Shown piece by piece: positions 49,383 to 58,212 of a DNA stretch of 64,000 nt; positions within the stretch are counted from its first letter, which is position 1; each line of letters begins with the position of its first letter. The notes beneath the pieces were generated by a model. That model saw nothing but the letters and a program-made list of their open reading frames with translations. It was not told the DNA's origin and did no database searches. The stretch comes from an uncultured virus (IMG/VR IMGVR_UViG_2236876025_000003) (taxonomy: Duplodnaviria > Heunggongvirae > Uroviricota > Caudoviricetes): the IMG/VR virus record IMGVR_UViG_2236876025_000003. One strand, given 5' to 3'. A program made the translations under genes and the position numbers.

Positions 49383-49865
49383 TTACGTTTTGCCCTGACA
49401 GCTTAATCCGTACATTCGTAATGCCTGGAATAATTCAGTTTCGATATAGAATGGTGAAACCTCAATGCCTTTTGTCTTTACCATGTTCGCAATAGCATTA
49501 GCTTTCATTTTTACAATCTTTTTTAGTTCCTTGGTCACATATAAAAATCGTTCGCCATAATCGTTTATGATATTGCCCATTGAATCCGTTTCAGGCTCAT
49601 TAGTATCGAGTTCATCTTCGAATATTGACCTTGCCTCATCTTCAATTACGCCCAATAAATAGTCTGCGAGCTTGTTTTCATTAAGCATAGATTCATTGAC
49701 TTTAATAATATCGTCGTCCGTATATTCTTTCTTTGTAGAATCTACAAGATTTAGCTTTTTGCCGCAGCATGGGCATACAAGATTATCTGTCTTGATGTCA
49801 TAACTGTCACCAGGAACATTATTATCTTCAAATAGATTTTGATAATATCTATAATAATTATTCAT
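49383..49865 (-). CDS. Late protein with CPCCG motif
   Basis: VCPCCGKKLNLVDS; TATTTATA 49870-49877. Confidence 0.6.
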   Translation of the reverse strand: MNNYYRYYQNLFEDNNVPGDSYDIKTDNLVCPCCGKKLNLVDSTKKEYTDDDIIKVNESMLNENKLADYLLGVIEDEARSIFEDELDTNEPETDSMGNIINDYGERFLYVTKELKKIVKMKANAIANMVKTKGIEVSPFYIETELFQALRMYGLSCQGKT

Positions 49866-49872
49866 ATCTTAT

Positions 49873-50520
49873 TTATAACAGCTTGCTCCATATGTCATAA
49901 TGGAATGTCAGCTTACATGTCAACTTGGAATCACTTGCATAATCAAGACCTTCATTAAAGGCAAAATTAGTTATTACACAATTCTTGTATTCATACTGTG
50001 CATTTACCAGAGGATATGGATTAGAGCCGTTCTGGTCAAGCGATAAGCCTATTTTATTCTTTATATTGACTATAATTTTATCAAAGCGCCAGACTCTTCC
50101 TAGCTTAGAATCGTTGTCTTTCGGACCGCTAAATTCCGGATGATAACCAATTATATCAGAACCGACCTTTCTAAATCTTGAAGAAAGCTGTGTAATGCTG
50201 TCAATATCGCTATTTTCCGCGTCTTCGCCACGAACGTCGAACGTTATATCGCAGTCGCCGCCATAAGTTCTTATAATCGGGTACGAACGCTCTGAGCCAA
50301 AATATTTCCTGGTTACAATTTCTGTCTTATACGACGGAAGCGTGACACTGGTAGCAATTAATGTTCCGTTAGTAACAGCGCATGCCAAAGCATTATTGTC
50401 CGTGGTAGGATCATCGCTCATGAACTGTACATCGAATAACCATGTAGCTTGTGGGTCAGCTAAATGATGGAAATTATTATTCGTAAAAATAGTATATTGT
50501 CCTGGTCTAACGTATGCCAT
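49873..50520 (-). CDS. Tail tube-like protein (gp19/gp48/gp54 fold)
   Basis: WLFDVQF, TSVTLP, YFG, CDITF, LDY, LTFHYD. Confidence 0.65.
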   Translation of the reverse strand: MAYVRPGQYTIFTNNNFHHLADPQATWLFDVQFMSDDPTTDNNALACAVTNGTLIATSVTLPSYKTEIVTRKYFGSERSYPIIRTYGGDCDITFDVRGEDAENSDIDSITQLSSRFRKVGSDIIGYHPEFSGPKDNDSKLGRVWRFDKIIVNIKNKIGLSLDQNGSNPYPLVNAQYEYKNCVITNFAFNEGLDYASDSKLTCKLTFHYDIWSKLL

Positions 50521-50522
50521 TA

Positions 50523-51092
50523 TTAGCTTCCTCTATTAAATTTCATATAATCGTATGTAAAATGAACGCTTCGAGTGATATCTTCGGTGCTATTATATGA
50601 CAACTGTATTTCGTCCAGCGAGATTATCTTACATCCGTAAAAATTATAAGTTACTTCAGGCTCAGTGGCTTCCAAATCACTGTTCTTATAGACCTGTACT
50701 GTTATTATATTCTGGTCAATCGCGTAATCTTTACCCTTGCTATTGTATGTCATCGCATCAGATTCGGTAGATGTCGGGTAATCCTGGTTCATGTTATAGT
50801 TTTCATATATAGATTCTATAATTTTAGTTACCGTATAGTTTTCATCTTCGTTGAACTTTATAGAAATTTCGCCTGCTGTATTAGCTCTTGTAAACTTCTT
50901 GAATTCTACGCCACCGTAATATACAGAGACATATTGCGATTCGCGCTTGCCAACATTTATGTCGACAACCGCCTTATTTAATATTTCTGCGCCTTTTACA
51001 TCAACGCCTTTAAAGCTATTGAATGATATTTTATAAGTCCATGCAATAGCAGGCGGTGTTTCATAAAATGAATTTTGCCAAATTGAATCCAT
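50523..51092 (-). CDS. Tail tube-like protein (gp19/gp48/gp54 fold)
   Basis: YYGG, GEISIKFNEDENY, FYGC, IQLSY, VHFTYDY. Confidence 0.65.
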   Translation of the reverse strand: MDSIWQNSFYETPPAIAWTYKISFNSFKGVDVKGAEILNKAVVDINVGKRESQYVSVYYGGVEFKKFTRANTAGEISIKFNEDENYTVTKIIESIYENYNMNQDYPTSTESDAMTYNSKGKDYAIDQNIITVQVYKNSDLEATEPEVTYNFYGCKIISLDEIQLSYNSTEDITRSVHFTYDYMKFNRGS

Positions 51093-51130
51093 ATACTATT
51101 TATAGTTTTTGTTTACGCTATAAATAATAC

Positions 51131-52108
51131 ATGAGTGATGTAATTGACGATAATTTAATGCCTATGCGTGATCCTATAATGCCGCCGACCGGTTCAAGGT
51201 CACGATTGAAACCGCCTCCTCCGGGCTATGAACCAGGCACATTTCCGCCAGGACCGCCTCCTCCGCCGGGTCCGTTTCCACCGGGTCCGCCAAGGCCAAA
51301 ACCGCCTGTTCCACCTCCGCCGCCGAACAATTGCGACCCTGTACTCGAATCTACGATGATACAGAATATGGCGCAAATGCGTAACTATATAAAGTTAATG
51401 CTCGGCGCTCCTGTAATCTGTATTGAAATCAGTGACGAACAATTAAATTACATCATCGCCGACATGATTCGATATGTGCAGAGATATTATGCGCGACAGG
51501 GTAACTATCGTGACTATCTTGTAATGGAATTGCAACCTGGCAGGACGCATTATAAGATTTGCCAAGAACTTGAAGAAGTTATCGATTTCCAGACCGCAAA
51601 CTGGATTGGCGATATCAATGAACTCTTCACATTGCCGCATAATGCATTGTATGATTCCGTCATGAGTATGAATACTTCCAGTATATTCCGTGGCGCATGC
51701 TATGGAAACTCTGCAGGTTTCGGTGATGTTCTCGGTAACTGGAATGCAGCTCTTATGTGGCTTGAACAAGCAAAGCTTGATTTCGGTGAAGCATATCAGG
51801 TAAGATATAACGATAAGGAAAAAGAATTAAGTATTTGGCCTACACCTAGACATCCTGTTCGCGGTATTATGGAAGTATATAAGCGTCAAAGAAGCGTAAA
51901 GATATTTAACGATATCATGTTCAGAAAGCTCGTTGTAGCGCGCTCTGGCATGATATGGTGTAATTCTTTGCGTAAATATTCTATTACAATTGCCGGTGGT
52001 GGTCAGCTAAATGCTGATAGCCTATATTCAAGCTATAAGGAAGAATACGATTACTGTCTTGAAAATATCAGGCTCGAATCACCAAATGCTGATTTCTATA
52101 TTGCGTAA
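51131..52108 (+). CDS. Neck protein (gp13-like) with Pro-rich N-terminal extension
   Basis: YIKLMLGAPVICIEISDEQL, W..SLRKY..TIAGGGQLNAD. Confidence 0.85.
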   Translation: MSDVIDDNLMPMRDPIMPPTGSRSRLKPPPPGYEPGTFPPGPPPPPGPFPPGPPRPKPPVPPPPPNNCDPVLESTMIQNMAQMRNYIKLMLGAPVICIEISDEQLNYIIADMIRYVQRYYARQGNYRDYLVMELQPGRTHYKICQELEEVIDFQTANWIGDINELFTLPHNALYDSVMSMNTSSIFRGACYGNSAGFGDVLGNWNAALMWLEQAKLDFGEAYQVRYNDKEKELSIWPTPRHPVRGIMEVYKRQRSVKIFNDIMFRKLVVARSGMIWCNSLRKYSITIAGGGQLNADSLYSSYKEEYDYCLENIRLESPNADFYIA

Positions 52109-52111
52109 AAT

Positions 52112-52143
52112 AAAAAAGCGGTTTACAAACCGCTTTTATTTTT
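52112..52143. terminator. Bidirectional intrinsic terminator
   Basis: AAAAGCGGTTT-ac-AAACCGCTTTT. Confidence 0.85.
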
Positions 52144-52909
52144 CTATATTTAATATTTGGAGTAACCGTCTACTATCGTTATTGCTGATTATTTCTTGCA
52201 TACGATTGACTGTGCCAATATACCTGATATAACTCGGTGGAATATTTTGCGTTACGTATCTTGCTGGACATGTAGAGCCATATTCATTATCATAATGTGT
52301 CTTTAATCCGTCAGGCAATCTGACCATATAAACGTATTGACCATAGCCGTCTGCGCCAATTGAACGTATAAGTGTTCTGATTGCGCCAACGACACGTTTA
52401 TCAAAATTTTTGTCGTCACGTTCCAGATTACCAGATACGTCTTCCATTTTCCATAGGTATACGCGCTTGTCAGGATAAATAATGCCACGTTTGACTGTTC
52501 CTGATCTATCCATTTCTGGATCTAATGAATCTTTGGCGATTAAACCGGATTTTAAAATTTTAGTCGGTACTACTTTAGTAAAATGTAGGTAAATCCCGCT
52601 ATAGAATGAGTCATTATCGTCATAATACCCATGGTCTATCGTATTCAGTTTGAGTAGATTTATTGTGTTATGCCTGATATATGATATATACCAGCCGTAT
52701 TTTTGAAGAAGCTTGTCGAATTCAGTCATTTTCATGCCGTGCAGTTCTAGTTCATCCAGCACTGTATCTCTATTGATGTCGACAGAGTTTACATAATTTC
52801 CATCTGGTACATTGCCCATGTAATGTATCTGGAAATCGTCATTTTTCCATAATGTATCTCTCAGCTTGTTAGCTGGAATGGCAAGTTCTAAAAATTCATT
52901 TAATTTCAT
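52136..52909 (-). CDS. ADP-ribosyltransferase-fold (Tpt1/KptA-like) protein
   Basis: YLHFT...ILKSGL, RVYL, IPPSYI motifs. Confidence 0.5.
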   Translation of the reverse strand: MKLNEFLELAIPANKLRDTLWKNDDFQIHYMGNVPDGNYVNSVDINRDTVLDELELHGMKMTEFDKLLQKYGWYISYIRHNTINLLKLNTIDHGYYDDNDSFYSGIYLHFTKVVPTKILKSGLIAKDSLDPEMDRSGTVKRGIIYPDKRVYLWKMEDVSGNLERDDKNFDKRVVGAIRTLIRSIGADGYGQYVYMVRLPDGLKTHYDNEYGSTCPARYVTQNIPPSYIRYIGTVNRMQEIISNNDSRRLLQILNIEK

Positions 52910-52913
52910 ACAT

Positions 52914-52925
52914 TATTTATAAATA
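52914..52925. promoter_or_regulatory. Palindromic double late promoter
   Basis: TATTTATAAATA between divergent genes 26 nt apart. Confidence 0.7.
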
Positions 52926-52935
52926 GTGCATACGT

Positions 52936-53235
52936 ATGAAATTATATATTTGCCATTATCCTGGATGCACCTATAAGACGGAAAACAGAAGTAAGATAGA
53001 CTTTCACCATATTGTTCCACGAGAATTATGGCCAAGGTTGAACCAAAATGTTACATTGAGTTTTTGTCCGACACATCATAGGCTTATTTATCATCCTGAA
53101 GTAAAGAGTGGCGCACACAGCATAAAGACAGAAGACAGTCTTGAAATACTCGGCATATTTAAATCGACACACGGTTATTCTGTAGAATATAGAAATGCTG
53201 ATGGCATTGAATTTTTTGAGGATTTTGACAAATAA
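52936..53235 (+). CDS. Small HNH endonuclease-like protein
   Basis: CHYPGC, FHHIVP, N...CPTHH. Confidence 0.7.
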   Translation: MKLYICHYPGCTYKTENRSKIDFHHIVPRELWPRLNQNVTLSFCPTHHRLIYHPEVKSGAHSIKTEDSLEILGIFKSTHGYSVEYRNADGIEFFEDFDK

Positions 53236-53264
53236 AAAACTCAAATAAAAATTTACATGTCTCG

Positions 53265-53292
53265 TTTACAAGGTTTTACAATTTACTATATT
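53265..53292 (+). promoter_or_regulatory. Host-sigma-type promoter heading a long plus-strand operon
   Basis: TTTACA-16 nt-TATATT within clustered TTTAC repeats. Confidence 0.5.
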
Positions 53293-53333
53293 TTACACAT
53301 ACAATGAAATTGTAAAACATAAAGGAAATAAAA

Positions 53334-53627
53334 ATGGAAAATAATTTTAATACTAACGATTACGTTATGAATACTGTTACTGGTAAGGCATATATCGTAA
53401 CTACTGATACCGTTCAAACACGCGGACGTCGTCAGCTTGCTGGCACAGGTATTCGCAATCCGGAACTTACGCAGGTCGTAGAAAACCATCTTGAATCACT
53501 TGATGGCACTGCCGCTATTGTCTGTTACCACGCAGAAAGAATCCTTCGTGGTAAGCATAAACAGTCTGAACACGATAAGCAGATTCTTGCAATGTATCGT
53601 GCACTCCGTAAGTTGGTAATCGCATAA
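53334..53627 (+). CDS. Hypothetical protein
   Basis: 97 aa, AAGGA SD. Confidence 0.55.
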   Translation: MENNFNTNDYVMNTVTGKAYIVTTDTVQTRGRRQLAGTGIRNPELTQVVENHLESLDGTAAIVCYHAERILRGKHKQSEHDKQILAMYRALRKLVIA

Positions 53628-53635
53628 TTATTTAA

Positions 53636-54298
53636 TTGCTAATGAACTGCTATTTTGTTAATAATATAAACGTTCCTAAATGCACGTACGTTCGTCGTGC
53701 TGAATGGTTCGACCGTATTATTGATAAATACTGTTTACCGGCTGACGCTATTTGTATTGCGGGTGGTATATCCGAATATTTGGATATGGAAATAGCTTTT
53801 TTAATTAGATTAGCACAGAGATATCCAAAGGTCGTATATATTTTAGGTGGTTGTGATTTCAAGAGCGATATACCACTCGCGAACAAATTTGGTAGATTTG
53901 ATAATTGTTTTAACAAAATTCAGAAAAATAAATGTACCCCCGAGAGAATAGATGGCAATAAAATTTGGATAGATAAGCTTGTTCTCGGGGGTTCTTTAGG
54001 TTTTGATCGATATGAAGATATCAAAAAATGGGACTGGTGGTCAAAAGACAAGGATGAAATTTATAATTTTGAAAGAAACCGTCTTTTATCAGTCATAAAT
54101 AAAGAGCCGATACCTGACATCGTTCTGTCTTATTATTCTCCTGACGCGATGCAAATAAATTCTACTGCCAAGATATGGCATTATGGGTTCGGTAAAAAAC
54201 AAGAAATCATAGAGAAAAACGGTAATCTGATTTTAAATAACAGTTGTGATGTTACGAATAGTAAATATTCGAAAAAAGACTTTTTAATTAATCTATAA
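53636..54298 (+). CDS. Degenerate metallophosphoesterase-like protein
   Basis: ICIAGGI and YILGGCD stand where AGD and GNHD motifs are expected; WHYG. Confidence 0.45.
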   Translation: MLMNCYFVNNINVPKCTYVRRAEWFDRIIDKYCLPADAICIAGGISEYLDMEIAFLIRLAQRYPKVVYILGGCDFKSDIPLANKFGRFDNCFNKIQKNKCTPERIDGNKIWIDKLVLGGSLGFDRYEDIKKWDWWSKDKDEIYNFERNRLLSVINKEPIPDIVLSYYSPDAMQINSTAKIWHYGFGKKQEIIEKNGNLILNNSCDVTNSKYSKKDFLINL

Positions 54299-54308
54299 TG
54301 GAGAAACT

Positions 54309-54983
54309 ATGAGAATTCTAGACAATAATGTATTGATTGATGAAAATAAATCGGTCGATCATCTTTCTGCTGGCGTATTTCTTATTCCAGGTGTTGGAAC
54401 TATTCCGATGGCTTACGGTAGAATTGTTAAGCTTGGCGAAGGACTTGATAATCCGGAAGTCGAAAATGATAAAATTCCATTTTTCGTAAACGTGAATGAC
54501 TACGTGGTTTATAATCCAGGTGTGGCGATCCCGATCGAAACCGTAATAAAGAAAGATGGTGTAACTAATAAAAAGAAGAATTTTAAATTAAGCGCAGGTG
54601 AATGTATGTTGGTGCTCGAAGAAGAAGATGGAAAGACCATCGGTATTAAGAAAATGCTTGAAAACTATCTTTTGCTGAAGATGGAAACCAATGCAGACAA
54701 GAAAAGCGGCAATAAGATTTATTGTCCGGAATATAACGCAGACAGTAGTATCGTTACTGGCACTGTCATTATGACTGGCCCGGGCCGTTATAACTATAAG
54801 CTCCGTAAGCAAGTTCCATGTCAGGCAAAGGTTGGCGATGTTGTTGCATTTGCAAGCGTAAAGAAGATTGCGCTCAATATTCCAGTAAAACAGGCAGACG
54901 GTAAAATCGTAAAAGAACAGTATTTTATGATTCCTGATACCGCAGTAGAAGCAATTTTGGAAAACGATGAAGCGCTCAACTAA
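54309..54983 (+). CDS. groES: Co-chaperonin with two tandem GroES domains
   Basis: Repeat 1 ILDNNVLI..GRIVKLGEG..VNDYVVY; repeat 2 MLENYLLL..GTVIMTGPG..KVGDVVAF..AVEAIL. Confidence 0.8.
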   Translation: MRILDNNVLIDENKSVDHLSAGVFLIPGVGTIPMAYGRIVKLGEGLDNPEVENDKIPFFVNVNDYVVYNPGVAIPIETVIKKDGVTNKKKNFKLSAGECMLVLEEEDGKTIGIKKMLENYLLLKMETNADKKSGNKIYCPEYNADSSIVTGTVIMTGPGRYNYKLRKQVPCQAKVGDVVAFASVKKIALNIPVKQADGKIVKEQYFMIPDTAVEAILENDEALN

Positions 54984-55284
54984 AATAATTATCGGTGTAA
55001 GCATTGTTGTTTACTCTTTTATAATAGGTCTTTTTGGCCTATTCGGAGAGAGTATTCAAAATGCTTTATTTTTCTTTTTAAAGAATGTCTTGCCATATAT
55101 TTTCATTTTATTCGGTTATTTTCTTGCTGTATTTTTACCAATAAGAATTACACAGGCATTGGAAGAAAATAAAAAAAGGCAAGAAGAATTTAATAAAGAT
55201 GTAGAAATGGTATTACGCGCAAAAAGAGAAAAGGAAATTCAAGAAAATATTCTTAATGCGCTAACAGATGAGGATAGAGTATGA
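54967..55284 (+). CDS. Membrane protein with two hydrophobic segments
   Basis: Two TM-like stretches followed by a charged tail. Confidence 0.55.
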   Translation: MKRSTKIIIGVSIVVYSFIIGLFGLFGESIQNALFFFLKNVLPYIFILFGYFLAVFLPIRITQALEENKKRQEEFNKDVEMVLRAKREKEIQENILNALTDEDRV

Positions 55285-55727
55285 GTAATGAAAATATCGT
55301 AAGAACTGCAATTAAGCCTACGCATTATTGTGATAACGCTATAAATATCGAACCTATTGAAGTCGCACGTCATTTGAATTTTGATTTAGGAAATGTTTGG
55401 AAATATTGCGCACGTTATCTTGGCAAGCATACGCCAGGCACGGATTTAGGCAAGGCAATTTTCTATATGGACGATTTCCGTAAAAACTGGGTTGACGACG
55501 TAAATGAATGTATTTACGTGCATAAGCTCCCGCAAGAAATTATTGAAATGATGATTAAGTTCATTGACGCAGAAACTAGGCCAGAAGTAAAAAATATGTT
55601 TACTCTTGTTCTTGAAATTACGACAGAAAATCGTATTCGTGATATTAAAGAATTTGACCTCGTCAGATATGAACTTTTACAATATGCTAAGACATTTCCG
55701 GATGCGGACTTGAAAGACTTAGAGTGA
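55281..55727 (+). CDS. DUF3310/SaV-like protein
   Basis: PTHY, IEPIEV, FDLGNVWKYCAR..GK, DLGKAIFY. Confidence 0.75.
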   Translation: MSNENIVRTAIKPTHYCDNAINIEPIEVARHLNFDLGNVWKYCARYLGKHTPGTDLGKAIFYMDDFRKNWVDDVNECIYVHKLPQEIIEMMIKFIDAETRPEVKNMFTLVLEITTENRIRDIKEFDLVRYELLQYAKTFPDADLKDLE

Positions 55728-55734
55728 GGTTGAT

Positions 55735-56115
55735 ATGCTTACAATCTCTAATGTCAGAGTTCTTCCGTTAAAATTTAAACTTAAAAATGGTGTCGTTGGT
55801 TTAGCTCAAGTATCATTCAAGGGTGGTTTGCTTATAACTGGCCTTGAACTTATTGAACGCAATAACAAACGATTTATCCAATATCCAAAGAATCCGAATA
55901 ATAATAGGGGCCTTTGTTATTGTCAGCCATTGAATTCTGTATTATCAGGCGTCATCGAAAAGAAAGTTTTCGAAGTCTATGATAAACTTAAAAACCAGCA
56001 AGTCGGTAATGTAGACCTAAACGATGATTTCGTTGATACTGCAATAACCGAGCTTTGCAACACGTTCCACCTCAATACAAGCGACGAACAAAATGAAGAA
56101 ACAAAAACAATTTAA
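55735..56115 (+). CDS. spoVG: SpoVG-like nucleic-acid-binding protein
   Basis: ISNVRV, AQVSF, ITGLELIE, FIQYP, CQPLN. Confidence 0.7.
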   Translation: MLTISNVRVLPLKFKLKNGVVGLAQVSFKGGLLITGLELIERNNKRFIQYPKNPNNNRGLCYCQPLNSVLSGVIEKKVFEVYDKLKNQQVGNVDLNDDFVDTAITELCNTFHLNTSDEQNEETKTI

Positions 56116-56383
56116 AATGCCACCGCTTTTTAAAAAAGATCGTGACATGTTGTCGATTATAAACAATCCTGAAAAAATGAAGGCATTGAAAGAAGTAGTC
56201 GACCAAGCTGCAAAAGTTTCTGAAAATCTAAAACATTTTAAAGATTTGCAGGCATGGTATGCTTATGTTATTACTATCCTGCCAGACTTTGAAAATATGT
56301 CTAACTTCAAAAATCAATTGGAAGCATTAATAAATGAATATTGTAATGAATCAGAAAGAAATAACACCGTTGAACATGGTTAA
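56093..56383 (+). CDS. Hypothetical protein
   Basis: Overlapping ORF in operon. Confidence 0.45.
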   Translation: MKKQKQFKMPPLFKKDRDMLSIINNPEKMKALKEVVDQAAKVSENLKHFKDLQAWYAYVITILPDFENMSNFKNQLEALINEYCNESERNNTVEHG

Positions 56384-56558
56384 GACTGTATATGCATCAG
56401 TTTTAGAAGACCTGCATGAACATTTCGAAGACTATGCCAAGGTTTTTGTTAAAAATTACGACACATATAATGAAGAAGAAATGAAGGTAATTATTAACAA
56501 GAATGATGAACTCAGTAAAAAGATTAACGCATTTTTAGGAAAGAACAAGCTTGTATGA
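56334..56558 (+). CDS. Hypothetical protein
   Basis: Overlapping ORF in operon. Confidence 0.45.
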   Translation: MNIVMNQKEITPLNMVKTVYASVLEDLHEHFEDYAKVFVKNYDTYNEEEMKVIINKNDELSKKINAFLGKNKLV

Positions 56559-56854
56559 GTTTTAAACTAGGACACACGTATGACGCGGCAGACGGTAATA
56601 AATATACTTGTATAATGCTGGAAAACGGTTTTGGAATATTTAAGCTTAATAAAATTCAGAAGCGTTTTAAAATTACCAAATATTGCGGCGTTGATTCAGT
56701 TATTCAATATGGTAATGTTTTAATTAAATCTGAAACTATTGCGCCGAAGGACGATGATGAATTTGATTTGCCCAAACAGCCAGTAATTTACACGTTGAAC
56801 AAAAATAATGAAAGGTATATAGATGTTTTCAAACGACACAAAGCAGCAAACTAA
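56555..56854 (+). CDS. Hypothetical protein
   Basis: ATGA-coupled ORF. Confidence 0.5.
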   Translation: MSFKLGHTYDAADGNKYTCIMLENGFGIFKLNKIQKRFKITKYCGVDSVIQYGNVLIKSETIAPKDDDEFDLPKQPVIYTLNKNNERYIDVFKRHKAAN

Positions 56855-57515
56855 AGTAGAAAAAAATTCAGCGAATATCGAAGTCGATAATCCGGAAACT
56901 GAAGAACAGCAGACTTCGGAACAAGTTGAAGGTCAGCCGGTAAATCTTGGCGAACTTGGTAATTATTTCGATGTTGTTCGTAATAATTATTTTGAAGTCA
57001 ATCGTGTAATTTTTATAATTGGTCCGATTACTTGGGAAAACATGATACACGTCATTCAGAAGCTCTCTTTCTATGATGATGGTTCCAAGAATCCGATTAC
57101 AATTTATATTTCCTCACCAGGAGGCGAATGTGATGCTGGTTTCGCAGTTATTGACTGCATGAACAAGCTTAAATCGAAAGGCATCGTAATCAATACGATT
57201 TGTATGGGTTCATGTTCTTCTATGGCATCCGTTATTTTGGCAAGTGGAACTATTGGCAATCGCTATGCATTCCCGTCATCAAGAATTATGATTCATCAGG
57301 CTGGTATCGAAGCTACTGGCGGTAAGTTGCAGGATATTCAGATTATTCAGCACGAACTCCAGGTTTGGACTGACTGTATGAATAAGATTTTCAAAAAGCA
57401 AACAAATAAGACGATCGATGAACTTAAGAAACTTACTTCATTCGATAATTATATGTCTGCTTCTGAAGCTAAACGAATCGGTCTTGTAGACCATGTAAAT
57501 GCAAAGATGGTATGA
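56823..57515 (+). CDS. clpP: Clp protease proteolytic subunit
   Basis: IYISSPGG, CSSMAS (Ser), RIMIHQ (His), DNYMSASEA (Asp), GLVD. Confidence 0.95.
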   Translation: MFSNDTKQQTKVEKNSANIEVDNPETEEQQTSEQVEGQPVNLGELGNYFDVVRNNYFEVNRVIFIIGPITWENMIHVIQKLSFYDDGSKNPITIYISSPGGECDAGFAVIDCMNKLKSKGIVINTICMGSCSSMASVILASGTIGNRYAFPSSRIMIHQAGIEATGGKLQDIQIIQHELQVWTDCMNKIFKKQTNKTIDELKKLTSFDNYMSASEAKRIGLVDHVNAKMV

Positions 57516-57769
57516 TTAAAGAATTAGTTGACAATATCTTATCAATAGATAATATAGAAGAAACTTTCTTAGGCCTTGATGATGAGTCTACAAAAGAGTA
57601 TTATGCTCTTTTGATAGCCTCTCTAGGCTATTTTAATTATCTAATTATTTCTAACGTATTTGCGGCGTTATTACATAATATCATTGAAAACGCAAAACAC
57701 GTAACAAAAGAAGATCTTGATGAAATTTTTGAATATCTGATGGATTTAAGTTTAAACGAGATTAAATAA
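57512..57769 (+). CDS. Hypothetical protein
   Basis: ATGA-coupled ORF. Confidence 0.5.
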   Translation: MIKELVDNILSIDNIEETFLGLDDESTKEYYALLIASLGYFNYLIISNVFAALLHNIIENAKHVTKEDLDEIFEYLMDLSLNEIK

Positions 57770-57770
57770 T

Positions 57771-58172
57771 ATGGAAGAACTGAACCATAAAAAATCACTA
57801 TTGACTTATCTTAAAAATTTGTCAAAGACGACTACCACAAAAACCCAAAAAGAAACAAACGATTATGACGGTATAAAAGCCATCATTGAATTTCTCCATA
57901 TGGATGGTGCAGACGATTGTATTTTACAAATTGCCGAAAAGCTGACAATCGATAGCGAATATGACGATTTTTATGAACACTTTGAAAATCTGGATTCCGT
58001 TCTCAATCTTATTTGTTTAAAAGAAACTGAACCAGAAAGATATTATAATGTAGTTCATTTTGAAAATATCTTAATAAATATTTTGGCTTCTATTATGGGC
58101 CTTAAATATAGAATTGTACTTAATCCAGAAGACTTATTACATCCGTATTATTTGACATTAACGCATAAATAA
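57771..58172 (+). CDS. Hypothetical protein
   Basis: 133-aa ORF in operon. Confidence 0.5.
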   Translation: MEELNHKKSLLTYLKNLSKTTTTKTQKETNDYDGIKAIIEFLHMDGADDCILQIAEKLTIDSEYDDFYEHFENLDSVLNLICLKETEPERYYNVVHFENILINILASIMGLKYRIVLNPEDLLHPYYLTLTHK

Positions 58173-58212
58173 CAAAAAGAGAATCATAAATATATAAAAT
58201 TGGTATTAAACA

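Noticed and set aside
991..52143. Related AAAACC..GGTTTT palindromes as a mobile repeat or recombination-site family
   Set aside because: Positions at gene ends with T tails are fully explained by intrinsic terminators, and stem sequences vary
52936..53235. HNH gene as the homing endonuclease that split terL
   Set aside because: It lies 15 kb from the terL fragment, and nothing in the sequence links them
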